In this document: piece by piece, positions 6,592-16,921 of the stretch
How the letters are laid out: each line of letters starts with the position of its first letter
Numbering within the stretch: the first letter of the stretch is position 1
IMG/VR virus record: IMGVR_UViG_3300017734_000004
Span: 1 to 62,357 of that record
Source: a virus
Taxonomy: Duplodnaviria > Caudoviricetes
Direction: 5' to 3' (one strand)
Length of the DNA stretch: 62,357 nt
The notes under the pieces: model-generated
Databases searched by the model: none
Told to the model about the DNA's origin: nothing
What the model saw: the letters and a program-made list of their open reading frames with translations, nothing else
Translations under genes and position numbers: made by a program

Positions 6592-8850
6592 ATGGCTCTA
6601 TACGACGACGCAAAAATCATGTTTTTGGCCTCTGCGGCTGCTGGTCTTGAAACAAAAGACGCCAGTAAGGTTTACAATGTTAAGCCAGACGGATCTCTTG
6701 GGAGTGAGCTCATCATAAATGGTACATTTGATTCTGATTCAGATTGGACCAAAGGAACTGGGTTTAGCATTAGCGGTGGCGTGGCTTCATGTGACGGATC
6801 ACAATCCTCCACCACCAACCTGCACAACGCAGCAGGTAATGGCCTTGTGAACGGAAAGACTTACAGGGTTGAGTACACAATTACTTCGTATACAGCTGGC
6901 ATCGTGCGCGTTAAGGCTGGCAACACGGGTTACGGTACTGACAGATCTGCTGCAGGGACATACGTAGAGCACTTGGTGGCTTCAGGGACGCCGTTCACCT
7001 TCCCAACCGTTCAGTTCAATGCGGAATCTGACTTTGTAGGATCTATCGACAATGTCTCTTGCAAAGAGATGGATGTCGCAGATTTTACTATCAGCAGAGA
7101 CGCCAACCTCGACGCTACTCGCGTAGGCCCTACTGGGTTGATCGAGAAGGGGAGGGAGAATAAATTCTTATACAGCACTAACTTTTCTAAAGATATTGGA
7201 ACGTGGGGTCATGCGGGTTTGTCCAGCGTGCAGGGGATTCACAACTCACTGGGTCAGGAAGGATACGACGGAACCAACAACGCCACATACATGAGGTCTG
7301 AGACTAACACTGGTGTTCATAGAGTTCAAGTAAACACTCAGGCAGGAGTTTCTGTAAATAGTCAAGTAGTTCAAACAATCAGTATTCATGCAAAACCATT
7401 GGGATATACTTTTCTTGGAATCGGAACCCAGAGTGGAAATCAAGAAGCTTATTTTGATCTTGCAAATGGAACTGTAGGAACGACAGAAAGCGATGTTATT
7501 GAAGCGAAGATAACTCCTGCAGGCAACGGTTATTTTAGATGCTCTATGACTGTAAACGCTGATATAGCCATAACTCAGATTAACTTTAATATCGCTTTAG
7601 AAGACAACAATCATTCGTTTACAGGAGACCCAAATAGAGGCGGGACAAACAATGGGGGTATCTTTATTCAAGATGCCCAGTGGGAACTTGGGCTGGTCCC
7701 GACAGAAATTATCTTTAGCAATGGATCTGCAGGCACAGCTGGCATCAAAGAAGATGAACCACGCTTTGACTACCCTCTTTCTGGTGGCGCCCCTGCCTTG
7801 CTGGTTGAGCCGCTGAGAAAAAATGAAGTTCCAAATAGTGAGGGTATTGTAGAGCATACCAATGACGTTACCCTAACTGTAAATTATGGTATAGCTCCAG
7901 ACGGCACTAAGTCATCTCTAAAGGTTGCCAAGGATGGAGCTGATGCTAACGACAGGATTCAACCAATATCAAATGACAATGTCACCCTTACAAATTCAGA
8001 AAATTACTCGATATCAGCATTTGTAAAAAACATTGATTGCACTGGTGTTACCACCCTTGCGTGTAGGACAGATGCAGGATCTAATGAACTGTTTCGTCAG
8101 GGTTTTCAGTGGACTGGAACATCTTTGGCACTAACCTCTACTGGAGCAAGTGGAACTCGAACTGGAGCTTTTGTAGAGAGTTACGGCAATGACTGGTGGC
8201 GTATAGGCTTTACATTTACAGCCAACTCTACTGCAGGTGATTTTGAACTAGACATTGACAGAGCAAACGGTACAGCCACTACATCTATAGAGACGTGGGG
8301 CTGGCAACTAGAAGAAGGCAGCAACAGTGCTAATCCTACCTCTTATATCCCTTGTCATGGCACTGCAGCTACTAGAAGCGCTGATGTTCTTCCAGAAATC
8401 ACACACGGAATTACGCTAGGCACAGCGGTGACTGTTCTTCTTGAAGCACGAGTCTTTGGAGGTGGGGGTCAAATAAGTATCCTTCAGCTGAGGGTTGATG
8501 ATCAAAACAGATTTCTATTTTTTGCAACCAATTCTTCAGTTGGCTCTACTCATGACATCAATGTTCAGCACAGAGAAAGCGATACTAATGTCGCTATACA
8601 GAAGACAGGTTTAACTAGAGGAGATATCTTTAAATGTATTGGCCGCGTTGATGGAACAACATTTAATGTATTCGTAAACGGTGTAAAGCTGGGAACAACT
8701 GGAACTGTTGTTGCTGCTGACATCTACGACAAGATCTCCCTTATCAGAAATGGGACCACAACAAATCAGAGTGGTCACAAAACCAAAAGCGTCGTTGTGT
8801 GGGATTCAGCTCTTACTGATCAACAGTGTATAGATCTAACAACTCTTTGA
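6592..8850 (+). CDS. Fibre/spike protein with carbohydrate-binding and LamG-like modules
   Basis: ELIINGTFD, ATRV..TGLIE, GYFRCS, QLEEGS..PTSYIP...ATRSAD; G/T/S-rich. Confidence 0.75.
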   Translation: MALYDDAKIMFLASAAAGLETKDASKVYNVKPDGSLGSELIINGTFDSDSDWTKGTGFSISGGVASCDGSQSSTTNLHNAAGNGLVNGKTYRVEYTITSYTAGIVRVKAGNTGYGTDRSAAGTYVEHLVASGTPFTFPTVQFNAESDFVGSIDNVSCKEMDVADFTISRDANLDATRVGPTGLIEKGRENKFLYSTNFSKDIGTWGHAGLSSVQGIHNSLGQEGYDGTNNATYMRSETNTGVHRVQVNTQAGVSVNSQVVQTISIHAKPLGYTFLGIGTQSGNQEAYFDLANGTVGTTESDVIEAKITPAGNGYFRCSMTVNADIAITQINFNIALEDNNHSFTGDPNRGGTNNGGIFIQDAQWELGLVPTEIIFSNGSAGTAGIKEDEPRFDYPLSGGAPALLVEPLRKNEVPNSEGIVEHTNDVTLTVNYGIAPDGTKSSLKVAKDGADANDRIQPISNDNVTLTNSENYSISAFVKNIDCTGVTTLACRTDAGSNELFRQGFQWTGTSLALTSTGASGTRTGAFVESYGNDWWRIGFTFTANSTAGDFELDIDRANGTATTSIETWGWQLEEGSNSANPTSYIPCHGTAATRSADVLPEITHGITLGTAVTVLLEARVFGGGGQISILQLRVDDQNRFLFFATNSSVGSTHDINVQHRESDTNVAIQKTGLTRGDIFKCIGRVDGTTFNVFVNGVKLGTTGTVVAADIYDKISLIRNGTTTNQSGHKTKSVVVWDSALTDQQCIDLTTL

Positions 8851-8856
8851 TACATC

Positions 8857-9246
8857 ATGGCAATCTTTAGAAAATACGAGTTTGGCAGCAAGTCTGCTGC
8901 TACGGCTAAGATCAATGCCTTGGGTGTTGACGAAGAAGGATCACCCACCCACATTCACTCTATTGTAAGGCTCGGTCACATTATCACCACACCAGGTGAG
9001 TATGATGCAGAGGGGAATGAAATCACCGCCCCTGTCTATTCAGACAATTATCATGTTGATGTTTTGTGGAGAGGTGAGTATGACGAAGACGGTAATCAAA
9101 TTGCTGTAGCAGACTGGGACAATCAGATGGTGTGGTGCCGCCCCATGGGTGTGCATACCTTTGGATCGTCTAGCGCCAATAGAGAGTATATTGCAAAATG
9201 TCAGGAGCTACACCCAGAGTGGTTCCCCGAACCTGAAGAAGAATGA
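8857..9246 (+). CDS. Fibre-associated hypothetical protein
   Basis: FRKYEF, YHVDVLW, GVHTFG; follows the fibre gene. Confidence 0.65.
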   Translation: MAIFRKYEFGSKSAATAKINALGVDEEGSPTHIHSIVRLGHIITTPGEYDAEGNEITAPVYSDNYHVDVLWRGEYDEDGNQIAVADWDNQMVWCRPMGVHTFGSSSANREYIAKCQELHPEWFPEPEEE

Positions 9247-9407
9247 TTGGATTAAGCATATCTGTTGCTTCTGGGCACGTTCAAGACGTGTCAACAGAAT
9301 ACAATTTGGTCATAGCCTTTGCCGCTAGGGTTTTGGCTGACGGAGGAACTATTGAAAATCAGGGCCTTCTTGAGGGTGATATAAGGTTTATCAATAACGC
9401 CACTTAA
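9243..9407 (+). CDS. Small protein (54 aa; F..RVLADGG.IE motif)
   Basis: Manual translation; ATGA overlap. Confidence 0.6.
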   Translation: MIGLSISVASGHVQDVSTEYNLVIAFAARVLADGGTIENQGLLEGDIRFINNAT

Positions 9408-9826
9408 GTTTCAAGGTCGTTGTACATCCTCTGCACCAGAAGCCTTGCCTTCTGTGTAATTGCATACCGCACTCTGTAGTTGTACTTTGTCTCTTCTCGA
9501 AACAAGTGATCTTCATAGCTCTGTGAAGGTGTAAGCTTGTCGAAGTGCTTGTATATGTATCCACCCTTAACCAGGGGATAGATGTACCGCTTACCTATGT
9601 TTGACTCACTGACATCGAAGTCCTTGCTGGCATACTTGATTGTAAAGAACTGCAGGTCGTAGGCCCACAATAAAAACTCAACTTTCGAAAAGTCCATTCC
9701 GATAGCCTCGGAATACTTTAATCTTACCTTCTTAAGGTTCTTGAGATAGTTCTTGTTGATGTAAGCTCTTTCCTGTTTCGCGAAGTCTCTAAATAAGATT
9801 TTCCTTGGTACCTTACTTCTAGGCAT
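9404..9826 (-). CDS. Putative winged-helix (MarR-like) regulator; lone - strand gene in the + arm
   Basis: Helix-turn-helix-like segment, PLVKGGYI, RYAITQKAR wing. Confidence 0.55.
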   Translation of the reverse strand: MPRSKVPRKILFRDFAKQERAYINKNYLKNLKKVRLKYSEAIGMDFSKVEFLLWAYDLQFFTIKYASKDFDVSESNIGKRYIYPLVKGGYIYKHFDKLTPSQSYEDHLFREETKYNYRVRYAITQKARLLVQRMYNDLET

Positions 9827-9832
9827 ATTTAT

Positions 9833-9856
9833 TAAATTTGTTTCAAGGCAAACCTA
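9833..9856. promoter_or_regulatory. Overlapping opposed -7 boxes
   Basis: TAAATTTG on + (9833-9840) and TAGGTTTG on - (9849-9856). Confidence 0.55.
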
Positions 9857-10158
9857 TGACACCTGACTTTGAATTCCTTTTACACATGCAGCGTCTAATG
9901 TTTGAAGCAGAAGCATTGGCAAAGCAGTACGAGGTAGAAGACAGGTTCATATCAATCATGTTTGCTGGATTACTTAACCCTATGCCCGATGACATGTCTA
10001 AGGTCAGCGCGATGTATAGTATTAATGTAGAAGACTTTAGTGAACTAGTTGAAATACAAGAGTTTATCATCTCAAACTATCAGAATGAATCCAAGCAACA
10101 GCTTGATGAAAATGATTTGACTGATCTGCTAGATGGTTTGGGAATAGATCTAGAATAA
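9856..10158 (+). CDS. Acidic hypothetical protein
   Basis: ATG start re-assigned. Confidence 0.7.
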   Translation: MTPDFEFLLHMQRLMFEAEALAKQYEVEDRFISIMFAGLLNPMPDDMSKVSAMYSINVEDFSELVEIQEFIISNYQNESKQQLDENDLTDLLDGLGIDLE

Positions 10159-10159
10159 A

Positions 10160-10396
10160 ATGGATGGAGTAATTAGAAAAATTGTCATTGGGAAAGATCC
10201 CAAAGATGCTATGGCATACTATCTAGGCATGCGTGCAGGTCGAGGAGAAGTAAGCGCCATCATTCACGATGAAAGACATCTTCACAGATACGGAAAGAAC
10301 AGGTATCTCATCTACCTACAGGATGAAGACTCGCAAACGCTTTGGAAAAGTGTAGACGAAATGCCCTGTATGTTGGAGTTTGATTGTAATTTTTGA
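10160..10396 (+). CDS. Conserved hypothetical protein
   Basis: IRKIVIG.D.KDAM.Y..G; upstream of the GroES-like gene. Confidence 0.75.
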   Translation: MDGVIRKIVIGKDPKDAMAYYLGMRAGRGEVSAIIHDERHLHRYGKNRYLIYLQDEDSQTLWKSVDEMPCMLEFDCNF

Positions 10397-10397
10397 C

Positions 10398-10670
10398 ATG
10401 GTTAGAACAGAGCTATACACAACTGGTGGTGAGTTCCGTAGGCCTGATGGTACGGAATATATCGGTGCATATCACATTCACTTTAATCGTGGAGCTATGG
10501 TTGGTGGGTTTCATAAAGTAGAAGCTCATGATCGACTTAGGCCTATTACAAGAAGCGCTGATTTACTGGTTCAATCAACCATGAAGGAACTTGCAAACGA
10601 AACATCAAATAGAATACGATCTGTCTATTCATCTTCTGGATCATCAGGAGGTGGGTCGGGAGGATATTAA
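10398..10670 (+). CDS. Hypothetical protein (LYTTGGEF...YIGAYH)
   Basis: ATG start re-assigned. Confidence 0.65.
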   Translation: MVRTELYTTGGEFRRPDGTEYIGAYHIHFNRGAMVGGFHKVEAHDRLRPITRSADLLVQSTMKELANETSNRIRSVYSSSGSSGGGSGGY

Positions 10671-10684
10671 TTAAATACATTCAA

Positions 10685-11269
10685 ATGAAAACCTTAGACT
10701 TATTTGTCGTAGAGTTAGAAAAACAAATCAAAGACACAATAACAACAAAAGAAGGGTTGACCCTGTATGTTGATTCTCGCTTCAACGAGTTTGAACATAG
10801 GGTAACAGAGGGCCCTGTTGTGTCTCCACCCATTAAACATGACACTGGCGTTGAGGCTGGTGACACCTTATACTTTCATCACCTCGTTGTAATGAATGAA
10901 GGTCAGATTTTAACTGGAGAAGAAAATCATTATCTTGTGCGCTATGACCCTAGTCATACAATTAACAATCAAGCCATTGCACACAAGAACAAGGACGGTG
11001 AGATTAAGCCCTTGGCTGGTTGGACCCTGCTTGAGGCTGTTGAACAAGAAGAACTAAAGACCAAGTCAGATGTCATCGAAGTGGTCGAACTTAAAAAGAA
11101 GTTACCTACAAAGGGTCGTGTCGCTTTTACGGCTCCTTGGATTGAGGAGATGGATTTAAAGGTGGGTGACGTTGTAGGTTTCAAAGAGAATCGAGACTAC
11201 AGGATTACCATTGATGGTAAAGAGTATTACAGAACAAGACTAGATGACCTTCTATACGCTGAGAAATGA
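10685..11269 (+). CDS. Co-chaperonin GroES-like protein with two GroES-fold units
   Basis: TKEGLTL..G.VV..VEAGDTLYF and IKPLAGW..KGRV..LKVGDVV.F..IDGKEYY. Confidence 0.75.
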   Translation: MKTLDLFVVELEKQIKDTITTKEGLTLYVDSRFNEFEHRVTEGPVVSPPIKHDTGVEAGDTLYFHHLVVMNEGQILTGEENHYLVRYDPSHTINNQAIAHKNKDGEIKPLAGWTLLEAVEQEELKTKSDVIEVVELKKKLPTKGRVAFTAPWIEEMDLKVGDVVGFKENRDYRITIDGKEYYRTRLDDLLYAEK

Positions 11270-11535
11270 TTGACAAAGAACAACTTATGGAGATGCTGGC
11301 GGAAGAAGAGTGCCTCACCGCAGATGGATTTGAATCCGCCCTGGTTGGCTGCACCTATGGCCCCGATGTGGTGGCAGTATACGATATCAATAAGATGATA
11401 GAGGTGCTTGTCGAAGAGGGTATGGATTCTGATGAAGCCATAGAGTTTCTTGATTACAATGTTGTAAGTGCTTACGTGGGAGAGAAGACACCTAAATACA
11501 TCAATTTTGTCACGCAAGAAGTTTACAACGATTGA
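11266..11535 (+). CDS. Conserved phage hypothetical protein
   Basis: ADGF..A.VG, AVYD..KM, EA.EF.DYN...AYVGEKTP. Confidence 0.8.
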   Translation: MIDKEQLMEMLAEEECLTADGFESALVGCTYGPDVVAVYDINKMIEVLVEEGMDSDEAIEFLDYNVVSAYVGEKTPKYINFVTQEVYND

Positions 11536-11797
11536 GGCTGCCAAGCGCTTGATGTCATCTATGGAGGTTGCAATCAACAACATGATAGATGAAATTAAAA
11601 AACCTGTTGACCCTGATATCAATGGAAGCGCTAGAAAGGCTGAGCTTCAGTCTATCAAGCAAACAGCTACCGACTGCAAAGAACTACTCGTTGAAAGACA
11701 ACGACTAGAACAAATGATCAAAGACCTTAATGACAATGGATCAATCGAACAAGCCAAAGACTACAGCGGAGGATTCGCTGAAAGATTTTCGAAGTGA
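11507..11797 (+). CDS. Probable terminase small subunit
   Basis: Helical protein ending GGFAERFSK, upstream of terL; TTG start inferred. Confidence 0.5.
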   Translation: MSRKKFTTIEAAKRLMSSMEVAINNMIDEIKKPVDPDINGSARKAELQSIKQTATDCKELLVERQRLEQMIKDLNDNGSIEQAKDYSGGFAERFSK

Positions 11798-11879
11798 TTG
11801 GAAAGAGATAGTCTGGGAAAAAAACAAGATTGACTATAAGTTTTGGGAATCATCTTGGAACGAAGGTTGCAATGAGTGA
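11736..11879 (+). CDS. Possible Trp-rich small protein (47 aa)
   Basis: Manual translation; overlaps the putative terS end and abuts the HNH start. Confidence 0.35.
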   Translation: MDQSNKPKTTAEDSLKDFRSDWKEIVWEKNKIDYKFWESSWNEGCNE

Positions 11880-12235
11880 TGCCCTTCAAGGACCCCCATA
11901 AAAGACGAGCCTATCAACACGAGTACCATAAGAGGTACTATCTTGACAATATCGAAAAGTACAAGAAGAAAGCAAAGAAGTGGAATAAGTCTCAAAGAAA
12001 GTGGGCGAGAGATTTTATATCTAGGGTAAAGTCCTTTAGTCGATGTGTTGATTGCGGTCAGTCTGATGCAAGGGTTTTAGACTTTGATCATGTTAGTGGC
12101 GAGAAGGTTGGCAATGTTTCAGACATGGTCAATGGAAGCTACTCTATTGAAGCAATAAAAGAAGAAATTAGAAAGTGTGAGGTTAGGTGTTCTAACTGTC
12201 ACAGGATAAAAACAATTGAACGTAGGAATAAATGA
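11879..12235 (+). CDS. HNH endonuclease
   Basis: CVDCG, LDFDHV, K..NVS, KCEVRCSNCH. Confidence 0.85.
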   Translation: MPFKDPHKRRAYQHEYHKRYYLDNIEKYKKKAKKWNKSQRKWARDFISRVKSFSRCVDCGQSDARVLDFDHVSGEKVGNVSDMVNGSYSIEAIKEEIRKCEVRCSNCHRIKTIERRNK

Positions 12236-12366
12236 AAATGCGAAATCTAACCGTTAAGGTCGAAAAGAAGCGTATCAAAAGAAAAGGGGTTCACGCTAAG
12301 ACCAAGCAGTCAAAGAACAAGAACTCTAAAAATTACTCCAAAGCATATGCTGGTCAAGGTCGATAA
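12232..12366 (+). CDS. Very basic 44-aa peptide (...GVHAKTK...YAGQGR)
   Basis: Manual translation; couples HNH to terL. Confidence 0.65.
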   Translation: MKMRNLTVKVEKKRIKRKGVHAKTKQSKNKNSKNYSKAYAGQGR

Positions 12367-14461
12367 TTATGACGAGCAGGCGGTTAGCATATGCCCCCAG
12401 GGTACGAAAGGTGAAAGTATTGAACTCGGTGGGCTACTCATTATTCTTCCCTCTCAGCCTCCCAAAAAAGAAATTGCAGGATATGGAAGTCCAAAGCATC
12501 TGCAATTGTGGGAGAGGGTTTCTATGCCAAAGGAGCTGTCTAGGATTAAGTCTATGGATGAGTGGGGGGAGATGCCTAGGGAGTTTCGACAAAAATTTTC
12601 TGCGTATATCGAAGAGGAGTTTCGCCGCAGGCGTGACGGCTTTTGGTTTTTCAACAATGGTGTCCCTACATATATTACGGGTCGGCACTACATGATGCTT
12701 CAGTGGACTAGGATGGATATTGGATATCCGTCTTACCTTTCCTTCCAGCGTGAAATATTTATACACCTTGCTGCGTGCGAGTCTGATCCGCGTTGCATCG
12801 GTCAGCTCTACACTAAATGCCGTCGCTCTGGATACACTAATATCTGTTCTTCAATCTTGGTTGATGAAGCTACGCAGATCAAGGATAAACTCCTCGGCAT
12901 CCAGTCAAAGACGGGTAAAGACGCGCAAGAAAACATCTTCATGAAGAAGGTGGTCTACATGTTTAGACACTACCCATTCTTCTTCAAACCCATTCAAGAC
13001 GGTACCACCAATCCCCGTATGGAGCTTGCCTTTCGTGAGCCGTCAAAGAGGATCACCAAGAACAACAAAACCTCTCAGCAGGGAGAGGCTCTCAATACAG
13101 TTATCAATTGGAAGAACACCACGAACAATGCATACGATGGTGAAAAGCTGCACATACTTTATCTTGATGAGGCAGGTAAGTGGGAGAAGCCCACTGACAT
13201 TAGAGATGCCTGGAGGATACAGAGAACATGCTTAATTGTAGGTAAGAGAATTGTAGGCAAGGCCCTGGTTGGCAGCACTGTAAACCCTATGTCAAAGGGT
13301 GGCAAAGAATACAAGGCCTTATGGGAGGACTCTAATCCACTAGAAAGAAACAAAAATGGTAGAACTCGCAGCGGTCTATATCGCTTGTTTATTCCTGCGT
13401 ATGAGTCTCTTGAAGGCTTCTTCGACGCTCACGGACATCCAGTCATTGAAGACCCTGATACTGTATTATCTGGTCTTGATGGTGATACTATTGATATCGG
13501 AGCGAAGACGTATCTCAAGAACGAAAGATCGTCACTGAAGCATAATGCTTCTGAGATGAATGAGGTTATTCGTCAGTTTCCTTTTACCTCTGATGAAGCC
13601 TTTAGAGATAGCATTGAGGGCAGTGTATTTAATATTGGTAAAATCTACGAGCAGGTAGAGCACAACGAAGAGTTGTTTCCCAACCCTGTAGTAGTGGGTA
13701 ATTTCATCTGGAAGGGTGGAGTGCAGGATACCGAGGTGGTTTTTACACCAGATCCTAATGGGAGATTTAAAGTTTCGTGGATGCCACCTGTAGATTTAAG
13801 AAACAAGAAAGCAACAATCAAGGGCAAACGAGTTGCACCTAATGCTGAGATGGGCTGTGGTGGTGTTGACTCATACGATCTAGATGCCACAGTTGACGGC
13901 AGGGGTTCAAAGGGTGCGCTTCATTTATACAACAAGTTTCATATGGAGCATCCATCAAACATGTTTGTTTTGGAGTATGCTTCACGTCCTCCACTGGCAA
14001 AAATCTTTTACGAGGATGTATTGATGGCTGCCTTCTTCTACGGATACCCACTCTTAATTGAAAACAATAAGTACGGTATCGCAAGATACTTTGAATCAAG
14101 GGGTTACGATGGCTACCTAATGGATAGACCGCAACACCTAAAGACCAGCAGCGCTAAGGTAAAGGTGAAGACCAAAGGCATTCCATCAAACTCTCAGGAT
14201 ATCATCCAGTCGCATGCTCACGCGATTGAATCCTACATACATGACCATGTTGGCATCAATCATGAAACACTTGAGGTTGGCAACATGTACTTCAATGAAA
14301 CTCTTGAAGACTGGATAGCCTACAAGATAGACAACAGGACAAAGTTTGACTTGACAATTAGTTCAGGTCTTGCTCTTTTGGCTGCTCAGAAAGTGAAAAA
14401 GAAAAAGGTTAAATCGTTCGATGAGCGTCGCTTTTTTAGACGATATAGTGTCATAGGCTAA
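12347..14461 (+). CDS. terL: Terminase large subunit
   Basis: Variant Walker A KCRRSGYT, Walker B LYLDEAGK, VGST coupling motif, nuclease GVDSYD...FDLTISSGL; directly upstream of the portal. Confidence 0.92.
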   Translation: MLVKVDNYDEQAVSICPQGTKGESIELGGLLIILPSQPPKKEIAGYGSPKHLQLWERVSMPKELSRIKSMDEWGEMPREFRQKFSAYIEEEFRRRRDGFWFFNNGVPTYITGRHYMMLQWTRMDIGYPSYLSFQREIFIHLAACESDPRCIGQLYTKCRRSGYTNICSSILVDEATQIKDKLLGIQSKTGKDAQENIFMKKVVYMFRHYPFFFKPIQDGTTNPRMELAFREPSKRITKNNKTSQQGEALNTVINWKNTTNNAYDGEKLHILYLDEAGKWEKPTDIRDAWRIQRTCLIVGKRIVGKALVGSTVNPMSKGGKEYKALWEDSNPLERNKNGRTRSGLYRLFIPAYESLEGFFDAHGHPVIEDPDTVLSGLDGDTIDIGAKTYLKNERSSLKHNASEMNEVIRQFPFTSDEAFRDSIEGSVFNIGKIYEQVEHNEELFPNPVVVGNFIWKGGVQDTEVVFTPDPNGRFKVSWMPPVDLRNKKATIKGKRVAPNAEMGCGGVDSYDLDATVDGRGSKGALHLYNKFHMEHPSNMFVLEYASRPPLAKIFYEDVLMAAFFYGYPLLIENNKYGIARYFESRGYDGYLMDRPQHLKTSSAKVKVKTKGIPSNSQDIIQSHAHAIESYIHDHVGINHETLEVGNMYFNETLEDWIAYKIDNRTKFDLTISSGLALLAAQKVKKKKVKSFDERRFFRRYSVIG

Positions 14462-14466
14462 TTCCT

Positions 14467-14474
14467 TATATTTG
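14467..14474 (+). promoter_or_regulatory. Bacteroidota -7 promoter box
   Basis: TATATTTG, 20 nt before the portal ATG. Confidence 0.6.
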
Positions 14475-14494
14475 TGCCATATACTCTCTCTTAA

Positions 14495-16921
14495 ATGAAA
14501 CAATATAGCGGTAAGAAAAACTTCCCCGATCCACTTGCTTCTCAAGAAGAGAAGGAGGGTAAGGGCTATGGGTTGAGATATGCTAAAGCTATTGAGTCTC
14601 AGTGGGGGAAAAAGTCTGACAGTAACTCTTTGTTTTCAAAACGATACAATCTGTTTAAGAAAAACAAAGATTATGCTACAGGTGTGCAAGACACCAGCAT
14701 TTACAAGCGACTTCTAAATAATGCAGATCCAAATGCAGGCGATGGTAGCTTGATGAATTTGGACTTTACACCAGTACCTATCCTGCCCAAGTTTGTGAGG
14801 ATTGTGGTAAACAAGATCCTGGGTAGAAATCTTTATCCAAACCTAGAGGCCGTTGACCCTCTGTCGTCCTCTGAAAAGAACAGGGACAAAAAAAGAATTG
14901 AGATCCAGGTTGCACTGAAGAAGCAGCTTATGGCATTTCAACAAAAGACAGGTGCAACAATTGGCATGGACCCGTCTATGATTCCAGACACCGAGGCAGA
15001 GGCGGAAATTTTTATGGGGGAGAATGTCAAGAGTGATGCTGAGATTGCTGCTCAGGTAGCAACAGACATGACTTTGTCTTGGAACAGCTTTGATGACAAC
15101 ACTTTTAGACGGTGCGTCAATGACTTGGCTACCAATGGCATGGCTGTAGTGAAGAGGTCAAATGATCCTAACTATGGAATCAAGACCCATTATGTTGATC
15201 CAAAAGATTTTATTCATAGTCAAACCGAAGACCCAAGCTTTGAGGATATCACATATGCGGGCCATATCCGTAGCATGCCTATTCAAGAGCTTAAGCGCCT
15301 TGCCAGCGGCGAGCTAGAAGACAAAGACTTTGAGAAGATTGCCAAAAAGGTTACTGGCAAGATGGGGTCAGGATATCATTTTGACACAAGCATGAATAGA
15401 AATGTCTACGATTACGAAGAGTATTCGGTAGATGTTTTGGAGTTTGAGTTTCTGTCTACTGACTGCATGTTCTTTGAGGAAAAAGAAAATAGATTCGGCA
15501 ACAGGAACTTCTTCTACGAAGGCTTCGACTATAAAGAAAAGGCAGGGAGTGTCTTTGAGCGCAAGCCGCATAAGATGGAAATCGTCAATGTCTACAAAGG
15601 ATATTTTGTAATAGGCACTGACTATCTGTTTGGCTATGGCAGGATGCACAATGTGCCAAAGAATATCCATGACATCAGCAAAGCAAGGATGTCTTATTCT
15701 GTCGTAGCAACAAACATGACAGACATGATGCCTAAGTCTATGGTATCAAGCTGTGTTGGATTTGCTGACATGTTGCAGTTGACTCACCTGAAGATTCAAC
15801 AAGCCATCGCGAAGGCAAAGCCTGATGGCCTGATCATTGACATTGAAGGTCTTGAGAATGTGCAGCTTGGAAAGGGTGGTGAGTTACAGCCACTGGACCT
15901 ACATGATATCTACGAGCAAACTGGTGTCTTCTACTATAGGAGCAAGAACCCAGAAGGCGGTTTCCAAAACCCGCCAATCCGTGAAATCGGGAACAGTATT
16001 AGAAACATTAATGAGCTTGTTGGGCTGTACAACCACTACCTCAGAATGATCCGTGACACAACGGGGATCAATGAAGTAGTTGATGCAAGCACTCCAAAGT
16101 CTGAAGCCTTGGTCGGGGTGCGTGAGCAAGCCATTGCTGCATCAAACAATGCTACTTACGATATCACAAATGCATCGATGATTCTGTACAAGAACGTATG
16201 CAATGACATTGTCAAGTGTTTGCAGATTCTTCCTGAGGAATCAGTCATCATGGAGGTGTACAAGAATGCTATTGGTGAAACCAATATGAGCATTCTTACT
16301 AGCTTCTCTAGGTTGCCTATGTACAACTTTGGTGTTCAGGTACAGAAGGATATGGATGATAAGGATCAGGCATACTTAGAGCAGGCCATTCAGATTTCAT
16401 TGGGCCAAAAAGAGATTGACCTAGAAGACGCTATGGCAATCAGAGAGCTTAAGGATGTCAACCAGGCCGAAAGACTTCTTGTTGTCCGCCGAAAGAAAAA
16501 GATTCAGCAAGCACAGTCGATGGCTGCTCAACAGCAGCAGATGCAAGCTCAGATGGCTCAACAGTCACAAGCTATGCAGATGCAGATGGAAGGTCAAAAG
16601 ATGCAAGCAGAAGCTCAGATTGAAGCTCAAAAGCTTCAGCTCAAGGCTCAGCTTGATGCTCAGATGGCTGCTGTTCGCCACGAGTTTAACAAAGAGATTG
16701 AGACCATCAGGGCCAAGGCTACACTTGGATTCAAGGAAACTGATGAAGAGTTTAAAGAGAAGATTGAAGTTCTCAAAGAAGATCGCAAAGACGAAAGAGT
16801 TGAGAAGCAAGCAGTCGAACAGTCTAAGCTTATCTCTCAGAGAAAGGGTCAAAGGACTGAGCTTAAAGACAGCGATGGCAATCCAATGAGAAACGCACTA
16901 ATGAATATGCAAGATGTCTAA
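14495..16921 (+). CDS. Portal protein
   Basis: 808 aa after terL; PVPILPKFV.IVVN, TGINE..D.S.P, long Q-rich C-terminal coiled coil. Confidence 0.88.
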   Translation: MKQYSGKKNFPDPLASQEEKEGKGYGLRYAKAIESQWGKKSDSNSLFSKRYNLFKKNKDYATGVQDTSIYKRLLNNADPNAGDGSLMNLDFTPVPILPKFVRIVVNKILGRNLYPNLEAVDPLSSSEKNRDKKRIEIQVALKKQLMAFQQKTGATIGMDPSMIPDTEAEAEIFMGENVKSDAEIAAQVATDMTLSWNSFDDNTFRRCVNDLATNGMAVVKRSNDPNYGIKTHYVDPKDFIHSQTEDPSFEDITYAGHIRSMPIQELKRLASGELEDKDFEKIAKKVTGKMGSGYHFDTSMNRNVYDYEEYSVDVLEFEFLSTDCMFFEEKENRFGNRNFFYEGFDYKEKAGSVFERKPHKMEIVNVYKGYFVIGTDYLFGYGRMHNVPKNIHDISKARMSYSVVATNMTDMMPKSMVSSCVGFADMLQLTHLKIQQAIAKAKPDGLIIDIEGLENVQLGKGGELQPLDLHDIYEQTGVFYYRSKNPEGGFQNPPIREIGNSIRNINELVGLYNHYLRMIRDTTGINEVVDASTPKSEALVGVREQAIAASNNATYDITNASMILYKNVCNDIVKCLQILPEESVIMEVYKNAIGETNMSILTSFSRLPMYNFGVQVQKDMDDKDQAYLEQAIQISLGQKEIDLEDAMAIRELKDVNQAERLLVVRRKKKIQQAQSMAAQQQQMQAQMAQQSQAMQMQMEGQKMQAEAQIEAQKLQLKAQLDAQMAAVRHEFNKEIETIRAKATLGFKETDEEFKEKIEVLKEDRKDERVEKQAVEQSKLISQRKGQRTELKDSDGNPMRNALMNMQDV

